A stretch of DNA of 64,000 nt from Chloroflexota bacterium (GTDB taxonomy: Bacteria; Chloroflexota; UBA11872; VXNJ01). Below, in pieces: positions 1 through 9,594 of this stretch; position 1 is the stretch's first letter; every line of letters starts with the position of its first letter. Under the pieces are notes generated by a model. It was not told the DNA's origin. It saw only the letters and a list, made by a program, of their open reading frames with translations, and ran no database searches. The position numbers were made by a program, and so were the translations under genes. Location: assembly GCA_965261345.1 (NCBI GenBank), contig OZ253449.1:1248001-1312000 (forward strand), given 5' to 3'.

Positions 1-908
1 ATCATCTTCCCGTAGTGGAAGTCGCGCAGCGCGGCCGGATCGCCGTGCCAGGAGTGAAATCCCTGCCCGGCGCGAACCCCGTCCTTGCCCTCGCTGGCCA
101 TTGTCGCCAGCCGCTCGGCGGCCAAATCGCCCTGGCCATCGAGCTCGGCGTAGAGGTAGGAGGCGACCTTGGAGTGGTTGATGATCCCGCCAAGGTCGCG
201 CCCGCCCAGTGGCCCCACCGAGATGAAGCGCGCTCCGAACCCGTAGCGGACCGCGTTGTCGATGTCCTCGGCCGAGGCGATTCCGGTCTCATGCAGTTCA
301 ATCGCCTGGCGGGTCAGGGAGTGCTGGAGGCGGTTGGCCACGAATCCAGGGATATCAACATTGACGGTGATTGGCGTTTTGCCCATTCGCTCCCAGGCGG
401 TTCGGGTGGTGCTGATGGCCTTTTCGTCAACCTCGGGGTGCTTGATCACCTCGACCAATGGCAGGATGTGGGCCGGCAGCACGAAGTGCGAACCGACCAC
501 GCGGCCGGGGTGGGCGCAGACCCTGGCCATGTGGCGGATCGGGATTCCCGAGGTGTTGGAGGCGATGATCGTGGTCGGATCGGTGATTTCCCCGAGCTGG
601 CGGTAGAGTTCCTCCTTGGCCTGCCGGTTCTCAAAGATCGCCTCCAGGATAAATTCGGCCCCATCAACCGCCGCGGCGAGCGAATCGGCCGGCCTGATCC
701 GTGAGTGGACCTCGTCGGGATCTCCGACCAGGAGATCTTCGCGGTCCAACTCGTCGATGTAGCTGCGCATGTCGGTTAGCGCGCGCTGCACGTTGGCGGG
801 GTTCTGGTCATAGACCTTGACCTCGCCGCAGTGCTGGGCCATCACCACCCCTATCTGCGGGCCGACCAGGCCGGCGCCGATCAGGGTAGCGTGATCAAAT
901 ACGGACAT
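1..908 (-). CDS. 3-hydroxyacyl-CoA dehydrogenase family protein (runs off window start)
   Basis: Manual translation from ATG 908: LIGAGLVGPQIG Rossmann motif, ILEAIFEN, IASNTSG, GSHF, DIPGFVANRLQ. Absent from the ORF track because the stop lies outside the window. Confidence 0.85.
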   Translation of the reverse strand, partial: MSVFDHATLIGAGLVGPQIGVVMAQHCGEVKVYDQNPANVQRALTDMRSYIDELDREDLLVGDPDEVHSRIRPADSLAAAVDGAEFILEAIFENRQAKEELYRQLGEITDPTTIIASNTSGIPIRHMARVCAHPGRVVGSHFVLPAHILPLVEVIKHPEVDEKAISTTRTAWERMGKTPITVNVDIPGFVANRLQHSLTRQAIELHETGIASAEDIDNAVRYGFGARFISVGPLGGRDLGGIINHSKVASYLYAELDGQGDLAAERLATMASEGKDGVRAGQGFHSWHGDPAALRDFHYGKM

Positions 909-1038
909 CGGTGAAATCCTTGCGGTTTGGCGGGATGTTCGTCCCGCCGCCGTCGTTGGCAGGTTGCGGTGACCGGTCCGGTTGCCGCTTTGGATAGTTG
1001 CTTCCGCCTAAATTTTCAACTGCCGCGGCAAAACCGGA

Positions 1039-2328
1039 TCAGGGGAGCCCGGCGGCGCTCCGTGCCACGAATTCCCAGTAGCTTTGCGGCGGCTCGACCG
1101 GACCGCCCAGGATGGGGTCGCCGGTCCCGGCCAGATGGGCCTGCAGCTGCCGTGCGAGGCCGGCTTGAACCTCCTGCCAGTCATCTTCGCCGGCCAGGTT
1201 TTCGGCCTCGCCGGGGTCGGCTGCCAGGTCGTAAAGCTCATATTCGGGGCGCTGGTGCGAGCGCAGCTGCCAACGCATATACGGGACGATCGGCGACTGC
1301 TGGATGTCGCCGGCCAGCTGCAGTCCGGGCCGGACCTCGAAGTTGCGGATCAGCTTGTGGCGCCCCGTCCGAATCGACCGCATCGGCTCGTAGAAATCGT
1401 GCCAGGTCAATTCGCAGTAGACGCGCTCACGCGGCCGATGCCGGTCGCCCGCGATGCCGGACCAGAAACTGATCCCGTCCAGCCCGGCGGGTACCGCCGG
1501 GCCCCCGGCGGCTTCGAGGAAGGTGGGCAGCAGATCGAGATTGGAGGTAAGTTCCCGGTAACGGGCGCCCGCCGGCAGTTGGCCGGGGTAGCGCAGGATG
1601 CCGGCGATGTGGCTGCCGCGGTCGTAGAGTGTCCCTTTGGCCAGCGGCATCGCGATCCCGTGGTCGGCGGTGAACATGACCAGGGTCGATTCTTCCAGGC
1701 CGCAGGCCGCCAGGGTATCCAGGATCGCCCCCAGGGACTGATCGGCGCGCGCCACGTCCCCGTAGAAGTTGGACATCTCCAGGCGGGATTCGGGGATATC
1801 GGGCAGGTAGTCGGGCACGCTGAGCCGATCGGGATCGGGCCGATCGGGCCAGCAGTCGGTAAAGTCGCGGTGCGGTTCGAAGAACCCGGCCATCGCAAAG
1901 AACGGGCGGCCATTGCCGCGGTGGCGCAGATAGGACTCCAGATTGGTCGCCACCGTTTCGCAGCGGCTCTCGGGGTCAAATACGTCAAAACCCGATGCGT
2001 AGGGCCGGTCGTTGACGTGCCAAACCCCAAAGCAGGCGGTGTCGTAGCCGGCCTCGCGCAGCAGCCCGGGGATGGTTGGGATCGATTCGTCCATGTTCCA
2101 GATCGCACCGTTCTGCAGGCCCATTAAGCCGTGACGGTGGGGCACCAGCCCGGTGACCATCGACGCCCGCGAGGGCGAGCAGGTCGGGGCGGCGGCAAAA
2201 TGCCGGTCCAGCACCACTCCTTCGGCGGCCAATCGGTCGGCCTGTGGGGTGATCGCGCAATTGCCCGGGTAGGGACCCAGGTAGGTGCCAAGGTCGTGGC
2301 AATGGACGAGCAGGATGTTGGGTCGCAT
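1039..2328 (-). CDS. Sulfatase (Cys-type formylglycine-dependent)
   Basis: RPNILLVHCHDLG N-terminus, CSPSR motif, TADHG, ELYDLAADPGE. Confidence 0.93.
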   Translation of the reverse strand: MRPNILLVHCHDLGTYLGPYPGNCAITPQADRLAAEGVVLDRHFAAAPTCSPSRASMVTGLVPHRHGLMGLQNGAIWNMDESIPTIPGLLREAGYDTACFGVWHVNDRPYASGFDVFDPESRCETVATNLESYLRHRGNGRPFFAMAGFFEPHRDFTDCWPDRPDPDRLSVPDYLPDIPESRLEMSNFYGDVARADQSLGAILDTLAACGLEESTLVMFTADHGIAMPLAKGTLYDRGSHIAGILRYPGQLPAGARYRELTSNLDLLPTFLEAAGGPAVPAGLDGISFWSGIAGDRHRPRERVYCELTWHDFYEPMRSIRTGRHKLIRNFEVRPGLQLAGDIQQSPIVPYMRWQLRSHQRPEYELYDLAADPGEAENLAGEDDWQEVQAGLARQLQAHLAGTGDPILGGPVEPPQSYWEFVARSAAGLP

Positions 2329-2482
2329 TGGTACGGCTCCGGAAGTTTTTCCGCCCGCCCGGTTGCGGAAGCGCGGATTCTCAATAAATAATTGTTGCCC
2401 CGGTGCCGGCCTAAGGGAAATCCGAACCTCGGCGGGAGCCGGAGCGGACTGCTAACAGATCTAGGGGACGGGAGCAGCGACC

Positions 2483-4387
2483 ATGACGGCGATTGCGCCT
2501 GCGGGCCCGCTAATTGAGTTGGCCGAGTCCCAATCCGCCCGGCAGAAGCCGCTGCCGGTGGGAGCAGTGGTCCTTGAGGGCGGGTTCCTCTCCGACTGGC
2601 GGGATCCGATGCTGGCCGAGGGCATCGACCACCAATGGGACAGACTGCTCGCCGAGGGACTAATCGAGCGCTTCGAACTGGCCGCCGGCGGCCGGTCCCC
2701 GCCCGATCCGGGCAAGATCTTTGCCGGCGAGGCGCGCCTCTACAAGTGGTTGGAAGCGGCCTCCCAGCTTGAGGCGGTCGCACCGAACCGGCCGAATCGG
2801 ATGCGGATCGATCGGGCGATCACCTCAATCTGCGCGATAGCGGCCAGCGACGGCTACCACGGCCTTACCTACCCGGACGATTTGGCCGACCGGCGTTGGA
2901 TGGTGCGCCCCCGGGGGCACGAGCTTTTTGCGGCCGGTCACCTGATCCAGGCCGGGATTGTCCTGGAACGGACCCTGGGCGATCAGCGGCTTTTGCGCTG
3001 CGCGATCGCAATGGCCGACCTGATCGGGCGCAAGCTGCGGGTCGGTCAGCTGGCTGGCTATCTGGACCACCCCTGCTGCGAGATGGCCTTAGTCGAGCTC
3101 TGGCGGCACACCGGCGATCGTCGGCACCTGGAATCGGCGATCGGTCTGGTCGAGTTGGTCGTCGGTCAGGATTTGGAACAGGTGCGGGGCCACGCGGTCT
3201 GCGTTACCTACTTTGCCTGCGCCCTGGTCGATATCTATCTGGAGACCGGACAGCAAAAGTACTGGGATTGGGCCCGGCGCTGGTGGGATGATGTCGTCGG
3301 GCGCAATACCTACCTGACCGGGGCGGTGGGCGGAAGGATGGTCAGCGAGGCGGTCGGAAGGCCGTTTGAGCTGCCGCACGAGGGCGCCTATGCTGAATCC
3401 TGCGCGGCGATCGGAATGATGATGTGGGCGCAGCGAATGCTGTGCGCCAGTGATGACGGGAAATTCGCCGACCAGCTGGAAACCTGCCTTTACAACGCCG
3501 TGCTCGCCGGAGTCGAGCGCTCCGGAGAGGCTTATTTCTACGATTGCCCGCAGGCGTGCCTGGAGGCTGAATCCAACCCGCCGTGGGCCGAACGACAGCA
3601 TCTCGCCGGTCCCGGCTACCGGCAGCGCGAGGGCTGGTTTTTTGACCGCGTGGCCTGTTGCCCGCCCAACCTGGCGCGGGTGCTAAGCCAGCTGCCGGGT
3701 TACCTGTACGGCCAGTCCGACGGGCATCTGTGGATCCATCTGTACGCGCCCTCGCGAGTGGAGCTTGCCCTGCCATTTGGGCCATCGGCCGCCCTGCGGG
3801 TGCGAACCAACTATCCCTATGGGGGACAGATCGCAATCACCGTGGAGCGGGCCGGCCCCGCGTTTGCCGGTCTGCGGCTCAGGATTCCGGCCTGGTCCCG
3901 GGGGGCGGTGCTTTCAGTCAACGGCCAACCGGCGGCGACCGATATCGAATCGGGCTACGCCGTCTTGGCGGGCAATCTGGCCGCCGGTGACGAGATCATC
4001 CTGGAGCTGGCGATGCCGGTCGAACTCGCCCGCGCCAGCACCCGTCTGGTTGAGACTCGAGGGCAGGCCGCAATCGTTAGGGGCCCGCTCGTCTATTGCC
4101 TGGAGGGCCGCGACAATCCGGAACATGACCTCAGGGATCTGGCGCTGGCCCCGCACGCGGACCAGCGGGCTCAGCTGCGGGACGGCCCGCTGGGATCGAT
4201 CGGGATCACCCTGCCCGGCATCGCCTACCAACCGGACCCGGCACTCTATCGCCGGGCGGACCCGGAGGGCCGATTGCCCTCTGGTCGCAACTGCCAGCTG
4301 CTGGCGGTTCCCTATGCGCTGTGGGGCAATCGCGGGCCCGGGCAAATGGCAGTCTGGTCGCCCCAGGCCCAGACCGACCGCGCGTAA
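2483..4387 (+). CDS. GH127 beta-L-arabinofuranosidase-like glycoside hydrolase
   Basis: HELF..GHL, GHAV, YAESCAAIG, ACCPPN, RGPLVYCLE, PYALWGNR motifs. Confidence 0.88.
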   Translation: MTAIAPAGPLIELAESQSARQKPLPVGAVVLEGGFLSDWRDPMLAEGIDHQWDRLLAEGLIERFELAAGGRSPPDPGKIFAGEARLYKWLEAASQLEAVAPNRPNRMRIDRAITSICAIAASDGYHGLTYPDDLADRRWMVRPRGHELFAAGHLIQAGIVLERTLGDQRLLRCAIAMADLIGRKLRVGQLAGYLDHPCCEMALVELWRHTGDRRHLESAIGLVELVVGQDLEQVRGHAVCVTYFACALVDIYLETGQQKYWDWARRWWDDVVGRNTYLTGAVGGRMVSEAVGRPFELPHEGAYAESCAAIGMMMWAQRMLCASDDGKFADQLETCLYNAVLAGVERSGEAYFYDCPQACLEAESNPPWAERQHLAGPGYRQREGWFFDRVACCPPNLARVLSQLPGYLYGQSDGHLWIHLYAPSRVELALPFGPSAALRVRTNYPYGGQIAITVERAGPAFAGLRLRIPAWSRGAVLSVNGQPAATDIESGYAVLAGNLAAGDEIILELAMPVELARASTRLVETRGQAAIVRGPLVYCLEGRDNPEHDLRDLALAPHADQRAQLRDGPLGSIGITLPGIAYQPDPALYRRADPEGRLPSGRNCQLLAVPYALWGNRGPGQMAVWSPQAQTDRA

Positions 4388-4446
4388 TGCGGCTCGCTTA
4401 GCGGAAACTGCAATCGCCACCGATACAAACCTTCATGTTTTAAGGA

Positions 4447-5025
4447 ATGACCATGCCAGTAACCGACGTCATCGCTAAGCGTCGCAGCGTCAATCGCCTC
4501 ACCGACCAGGTCCCGACCCGGGGCGCGATCGAAAAAATAATTGAGGCCGCACTCTGGGCGCCCAATCACCGTTTCACCCAGCCCTGGCGCTTCCAGATCA
4601 TTGCCGGAGAAGACCGGCAGCGGTTCGGCCAGGCTCTGGCCCGGGCCCAGGCGCGACGCCGTCCGCCCGACGGGTCAGCCGCCGAAGCGGCGCTGCAGAA
4701 AACCGCCGGACTTTTCCTGCGCGCCCCGCTGGTTATCGCCGTCTCGGTGGCGCGCTCGCCCGACCCGGTCCAGGACCTGGAGGACTACGGGGCGACCTGT
4801 GCGGCCATCCAGAACCTGCTGCTGGCGGCCTGGGATATCGGGATTGTGTCCAAATGGCGCACCGGCGCCGCCGCCCAGGACCCGGCCGCCCGAAGGTACT
4901 TGGGCCTGGGGGCGCGTGACCGAATCGCCGGGTTCATATATCTGGGGTATCCGGGGCTCGGTCCGATCCCGCCGGGGCGCGACCGCGACCGCGCCCGGAT
5001 CGAATGGCGATCGCTGGAGTCCTAG
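4447..5025 (+). CDS. Nitroreductase family protein
   Basis: IAKRRSV, WAPNHRFTQPWRF, AAIQNLLLAA, WRTG. Confidence 0.9.
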   Translation: MTMPVTDVIAKRRSVNRLTDQVPTRGAIEKIIEAALWAPNHRFTQPWRFQIIAGEDRQRFGQALARAQARRRPPDGSAAEAALQKTAGLFLRAPLVIAVSVARSPDPVQDLEDYGATCAAIQNLLLAAWDIGIVSKWRTGAAAQDPAARRYLGLGARDRIAGFIYLGYPGLGPIPPGRDRDRARIEWRSLES

Positions 5026-5050
5026 CCGCGAGTCCGCCTCCTACCAATTG

Positions 5051-5083
5051 AAAAAGGGAGCCTTCGAAAAGGCTCCCTTTTTT
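5051..5083. terminator. Bidirectional intrinsic terminator
   Basis: AAAAAGGGAGCCTT-CGAA-AAGGCTCCCTTTTTT between convergent nitroreductase and amtB. Confidence 0.85.
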
Positions 5084-5155
5084 GCGGATTGGCGGGGGTA
5101 GCGGTGGCTGCGCGGCCGTTTACCGGTTGGCGCAGCCACCGCAGGTCATAGTGAC

Positions 5156-6541
5156 CTAGAAGGCAATGGAACCAGACTCCCCGTAGCCGAACACGCCGTG
5201 CTCGTGGATGTCGAGACCGTCGAGTTCTTCCACCGGCTCGGCACGCAGACCGATCGTGTGCTTGATTGCCAGGAACAGAATCGTGCAGGTTGCCCCGACC
5301 CAGACGACCGTGGCGGCCGATCCGAGCGCCTGAACGCCCAGCGCGCCAATGTCGCCGTTTATGAACAGCGAGCCCGCGGGACCGCCGAACTTGGGATCGG
5401 CAAAGAGCCCGACCGCCACGGTGCCCCAGATTCCGACCAGCCCGTGGACGGCGATCGCGCCGACTGGGTCGTCGACCCTGAGGACCTTGTCGATGAAGGT
5501 GACGCCGTAGACGACCAGTGCGCCGCCGACTAGACCGATGACCACCGCGGCCCAGGTGTCGACGAAACCGCAGGGAGCGGTTATCGCCACCAGGCCGGCA
5601 AGTGCGCCGTTACCGATCATGCCCACGTCGGGCTTGCCGCTGACCAGCCAGGAAACGCCCATCGCGGCGATTGCTCCGGCGGCCGCGGCCAGGTTGGTGA
5701 CCACGATCACACTGGCAAAGTCCTGTCCCACCGCCGAAAGGGTGGAACCGCCGTTGAAGCCGAACCAGCCGAACCAGAGGATGATCACACCGGCGATCGC
5801 CAGCGGAATCGAGTGGCCAGGAATCACGTGCGAGGTGCCGTCATCGGAGTACTTGCCAATGCGCGGTCCCAGAATGGCGGCGCCGACCAGGGCGGCCACG
5901 CCGCCGGTGGTGTGAACCACCGAAGAACCGGCAAAGTCGTAGAAGCCGAGCTCGGCCAGCCAGCCGCCGCCCCAGACCCAGTGACCGACCACCGGGTAGA
6001 TGAACCCGGTCAGGACGACCGCGTAGACCAGATAGGCGCGGAAGTGAGTGCGTTCGGCCATCGCTCCGGAGACGATGGTGGCGGCGGTTGCGGCAAAGAC
6101 CACCTGGAAGAACCAGTCGGTCGAGAACTGCGCGTCGCCTACATCGATTAGGAAAGCCGAGGTGCCGATTATTCCACCGGCGCTCTCACCGTACATGAAA
6201 GCCCAGCCGACCGCCCAGTAGGAGATCAGGCCGACCGACATGTTCATCAGGTTCTTAGCGCAGATGTTGGCGGCGTTCTTGGTGCGCGTAAATCCGGTCT
6301 CAACCAGGGTGAATCCGGCGTGCATGAAAAACACTAGAGCCCCGGCGACCACGATCCAGAGCTGGTCGACGGTGGCGGTTATCGCCACGATGTCGCCAGC
6401 CTCATCGGCCATGACCAGCGAGGGCAGCACCAGTGCGGCCAGAATCGCTCCGGCCAGCACAAACAGGTACCGGACCGAGAACAGGTAGCTGACCGGCGGG
6501 CGCAGGGCGACCGCCCGGGCAGTGGAAACCATAGTGCTCAT
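5156..6541 (-). CDS. amtB: Ammonium transporter
   Basis: FFQVVFAATAATIVSGAMAER, DFAGSSVVH, WFGWFGFNGGS, DDPVGAIAVHG. Confidence 0.96.
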   Translation of the reverse strand: MSTMVSTARAVALRPPVSYLFSVRYLFVLAGAILAALVLPSLVMADEAGDIVAITATVDQLWIVVAGALVFFMHAGFTLVETGFTRTKNAANICAKNLMNMSVGLISYWAVGWAFMYGESAGGIIGTSAFLIDVGDAQFSTDWFFQVVFAATAATIVSGAMAERTHFRAYLVYAVVLTGFIYPVVGHWVWGGGWLAELGFYDFAGSSVVHTTGGVAALVGAAILGPRIGKYSDDGTSHVIPGHSIPLAIAGVIILWFGWFGFNGGSTLSAVGQDFASVIVVTNLAAAAGAIAAMGVSWLVSGKPDVGMIGNGALAGLVAITAPCGFVDTWAAVVIGLVGGALVVYGVTFIDKVLRVDDPVGAIAVHGLVGIWGTVAVGLFADPKFGGPAGSLFINGDIGALGVQALGSAATVVWVGATCTILFLAIKHTIGLRAEPVEELDGLDIHEHGVFGYGESGSIAF

Positions 6542-6876
6542 ATTGCGTCCCGCCCGCGCTGCTGGGTTCGGATCCGAACCACGTCCTCGATCGGCAGGAC
6601 AAAAATCTTGCCGTCGCCGACCTCGCCGGTGTAGGCGTGCTCGCAGATCAGCGCTATCAGCTGGTCTACGTTTTCGTCGCCTAGGACGATTTCGAGCTTG
6701 ATCTTGGGCCGGAAGATGATGGACGCCCGTACCCCGCGGTAGGTTTCGGTGTAACCGCGCTGGGAACCGGCGCCGCGGACTTCGCTTACGCTCAGGCCGT
6801 GGAATCCGGCCTTGTCGAGCGCGTCACGAAGCGGCTCAAGCACCTCGTGGCGAATTACGGCCTCTACTTTTTTCAT
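6538..6876 (-). CDS. glnK: P-II nitrogen regulator
   Basis: MKKVEAVIR, TETYRG, TGEVGDGKIFV; overlaps the amtB start; GAGGAG RBS. Confidence 0.95.
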   Translation of the reverse strand: MKKVEAVIRHEVLEPLRDALDKAGFHGLSVSEVRGAGSQRGYTETYRGVRASIIFRPKIKLEIVLGDENVDQLIALICEHAYTGEVGDGKIFVLPIEDVVRIRTQQRGRDAI

Positions 6877-7357
6877 GTGTCTCCTCTCAAAGGTGACGTG
6901 TTACAAAGGTCCCCGCGCGCAGCTTGGCAATGGCGGTCGGGGGAGAGATTCCGGCCGACCGGATACAGCTAATCTGCGGTTGCGATTGGGGCGTAGAGCA
7001 GTAAAATCCCTCTCGCTCTGATCGCGGGATTGGCGGCACTGACTTGGCCTTTGGACCGTTACCGACGGTCCTTCCCCGGAAAACCGGGCCCGGGTCGTCT
7101 TGACCCTATCTACACCTACGCAATGTGCAGGCGGCGGCGATTCCAGATCATTGAAGGATTGGACACGCGACGGCATCGTCGGTCCGCGCCCGGTCGCCAC
7201 CGAGGTTTTGGATGACCAAATGTTAACAACATTGGGCTGTGTTCGGGGCGGCGGTCCGCTATTCCCGGCGGCGGCCGCTTTGTGGCCGAAAATCTAGGAC
7301 CGCCTACGTTTTTGTAAAAAAACCAAATCCATACCAAAAAGCCATTGAACTACCGCC

Positions 7358-7711
7358 ATGCACTGCCCTGACTGCGACCACGAGAACACCAGCGGCGCCT
7401 GGCTTTGCATCAACTGCGGAGCCAAGCTGCCGCGCGAAGGCGCGACCGAACAGGAACAGGACGCCGGCGAAGAGGGCCAGCCCGACGAGCCGAGCCGCTT
7501 TGAGCCGGCAATATCTGAGAATCTGCGTCGCCTGCGCGAACGGGCACAGCGCCCGGCGCGGTCCGGTTCCGGGCCGTCACAAAGGCGATCGGGGCAGATG
7601 AAGATGCCGGAGGTCTCGTCCGGGACGGTGCTGGGATTCCCGCTTTCCTTCTGGCTGGTTGCCATTTTCATATTCGTGGTGACCGCGATGGTGCTCTCCA
7701 ACCTCAACTAG
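7358..7711 (+). CDS. Zinc-ribbon protein with C-terminal membrane anchor
   Basis: CPDC...CINCG N-terminus; hydrophobic C-terminal helix. Confidence 0.7.
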   Translation: MHCPDCDHENTSGAWLCINCGAKLPREGATEQEQDAGEEGQPDEPSRFEPAISENLRRLRERAQRPARSGSGPSQRRSGQMKMPEVSSGTVLGFPLSFWLVAIFIFVVTAMVLSNLN

Positions 7712-7766
7712 CGGTTGCTTGGCGGCCGGCCGGCGTTGGCCGTTCTTGCATAATTTGGCGGCAATT

Positions 7767-7783
7767 TGTAAAAATTGGTAACC
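7767..7783. promoter_or_regulatory. Candidate nitrogen-regulator box upstream of glnA
   Basis: TGTAA-N7-TAACC, one mismatch to the GlnR/TnrA consensus TGTNA-N7-TNACA. Confidence 0.3.
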
Positions 7784-7896
7784 TGAGCGCTAAAGTGTTG
7801 CCCGGCCTCGCTGCTACCGAGCCGCTCGACAACGACTGTCGCGAGACTTGAACGTTCTAACTGACCCTGGTTGTTTAGAAGAAAGATAGTCATTCC

Positions 7897-9327
7897 ATGA
7901 GCGACCGTTCCGAGCAAATCCAAAAGGTAATGCGGATGGCCCGCGACGCGGACTGCCAGTTCGTGGATTTGCGATTTACCGACCTGCCCGGGACCTGGCA
8001 GCACTTCTCGATCCCGATCGCATATCTGGATGAGGACCTTTTCGTAAATGGATCGGGATTCGACGGCTCCAGCATCCGTGGATTCCAGGCAATCAATGAA
8101 TCCGACATGCTGGTTATCCCCGACCCTTCGACCGCGTTCGTGGACCCGATCCTGGCCGCCCCGACCCTTGTGATGGTCTGTGACATCGAGGACCCGCTTA
8201 CCCGTCAGCGCTACTCGCGCGATCCCCGCAACATCGCCAACAAGGCCGTCGCCCACTTGGCTTCAACCGGGATTGCCGATTCCAGCTTCTGGGGGCCGGA
8301 AGCTGAATTCTTCATCTTTGACCACGTCAGTTACGACGAATCGGCCAACGGAAGCTTCTTTACGATCGACTCCGACGAGGGTATCTGGAATGCTGGCCGC
8401 CCGGAGACCAACCTGGGCCATCGCCCCCGCCACAAAGAGGGCTATTTCCCGACCCCGCCGGCGGACTCGCAGCAGGACATCCGCTCGGAGATGGTCTCGG
8501 CGATGATCGAAATCGGAATCGATGTGGAGCTTCATCACCACGAGGTGGCAACCGCCGGCCAGGCCGAGATTGACCTGCGCTACGCTCCGTTGGTGGAGCA
8601 GGCCGACAAGTTGATGGCCTACAAGTACATCGTCAAAAACATTGCCAAGATCAACGGCCACACCGCCACGTTCATGCCTAAACCGGTGCTCGGCGACAAC
8701 GGTTCGGGTATGCACTGCCACCAGAGCCTGTGGAAGGATGGCGAGCCGCTCTTCTACGGCGGGGAGGGCAACTACGGGTTGCTCTCGGAGACCGCCCGCT
8801 GGTATGTCGGTGGCCTGCTCAAGCACGCCGACTCGCTGCTGGCGTTCTGCGCCCCGACCACCAATTCCTACAAGCGGCTGGTGCCCGGCTTCGAGGCCCC
8901 GGTAAACCTGGTCTACTCCCAGCGCAACCGCTCGGCCTGCGTACGCATTCCGACCTACTCGCCCGCACCGGCGGCCCGGCGAATCGAGTTCCGCTCGCCT
9001 GATCCAACCGCCAACCCGTACCTGGCCTTTTCGGCGATGCTGATGGCCGGGCTTGACGGAATCGTCAACCAGATAGAGCCGCCCGACCCGGTCGACGAGG
9101 ACATCTACGAGCTTCCGGCCGAACGCCTGGCCGCGATCGCCTCGGTGCCGGGATCGCTCGAGGAGGCCCTAAACGCCCTGGAAGCCGATCATGAATATCT
9201 GTTCGCCGGCGACGTGTTCACCCCGGACGTGATCGCGACCTGGCTCGAGTACAAACGCGACGGTGAGGTCAGTGAGCAGCGCCTGCGACCGACCCCGTGG
9301 GAGTTCTTCAAGTACTACGACGCCTAG
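7897..9327 (+). CDS. glnA: Glutamine synthetase type I
   Basis: FDGSSIRGF, HHEVA, TFMPKP..GDNGSGMHCHQS, RNRSA, RIEFRSPDP, DIYEL adenylylation region. Confidence 0.97.
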   Translation: MSDRSEQIQKVMRMARDADCQFVDLRFTDLPGTWQHFSIPIAYLDEDLFVNGSGFDGSSIRGFQAINESDMLVIPDPSTAFVDPILAAPTLVMVCDIEDPLTRQRYSRDPRNIANKAVAHLASTGIADSSFWGPEAEFFIFDHVSYDESANGSFFTIDSDEGIWNAGRPETNLGHRPRHKEGYFPTPPADSQQDIRSEMVSAMIEIGIDVELHHHEVATAGQAEIDLRYAPLVEQADKLMAYKYIVKNIAKINGHTATFMPKPVLGDNGSGMHCHQSLWKDGEPLFYGGEGNYGLLSETARWYVGGLLKHADSLLAFCAPTTNSYKRLVPGFEAPVNLVYSQRNRSACVRIPTYSPAPAARRIEFRSPDPTANPYLAFSAMLMAGLDGIVNQIEPPDPVDEDIYELPAERLAAIASVPGSLEEALNALEADHEYLFAGDVFTPDVIATWLEYKRDGEVSEQRLRPTPWEFFKYYDA

Positions 9328-9376
9328 GCGGTAGCCGCGCTAAATCGGTGGCCGACCGGCCGCCGACCAGGTGATT

Positions 9377-9410
9377 TAAGGCCCTCGGATCCTTAGATCC
9401 GAGGGCCTTA
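9377..9410. terminator. Perfect 15-bp stem hairpin after glnA (probable terminator)
   Basis: TAAGGCCCTCGGATC-CTTA-GATCCGAGGGCCTTA; no clear U-tract. Confidence 0.6.
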
Positions 9411-9594
9411 GCCCTCGCAACTAGCCGGGAAGCGATCGGTACGTAGCCGATCCGGGTTTATTTGAAAAAACGCGCCGCCGGATCGGCGTTCGGGCGATGT
9501 GGTGTCGGCCCACCAACACTTCGGCGGTCGGGGCATTGCACCGCAGCGCGGCGATGCCCGGGGCCCGGATCCACTGGCATAGACAGAGAAATCG

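Noticed and set aside
15-704. 229-aa plus-strand ORF and similar long antisense ORFs (1084-2127, 11157-12245, 14802-16004, 28561-30036)
   Set aside because: High-GC shadow ORFs opposite recognisable genes
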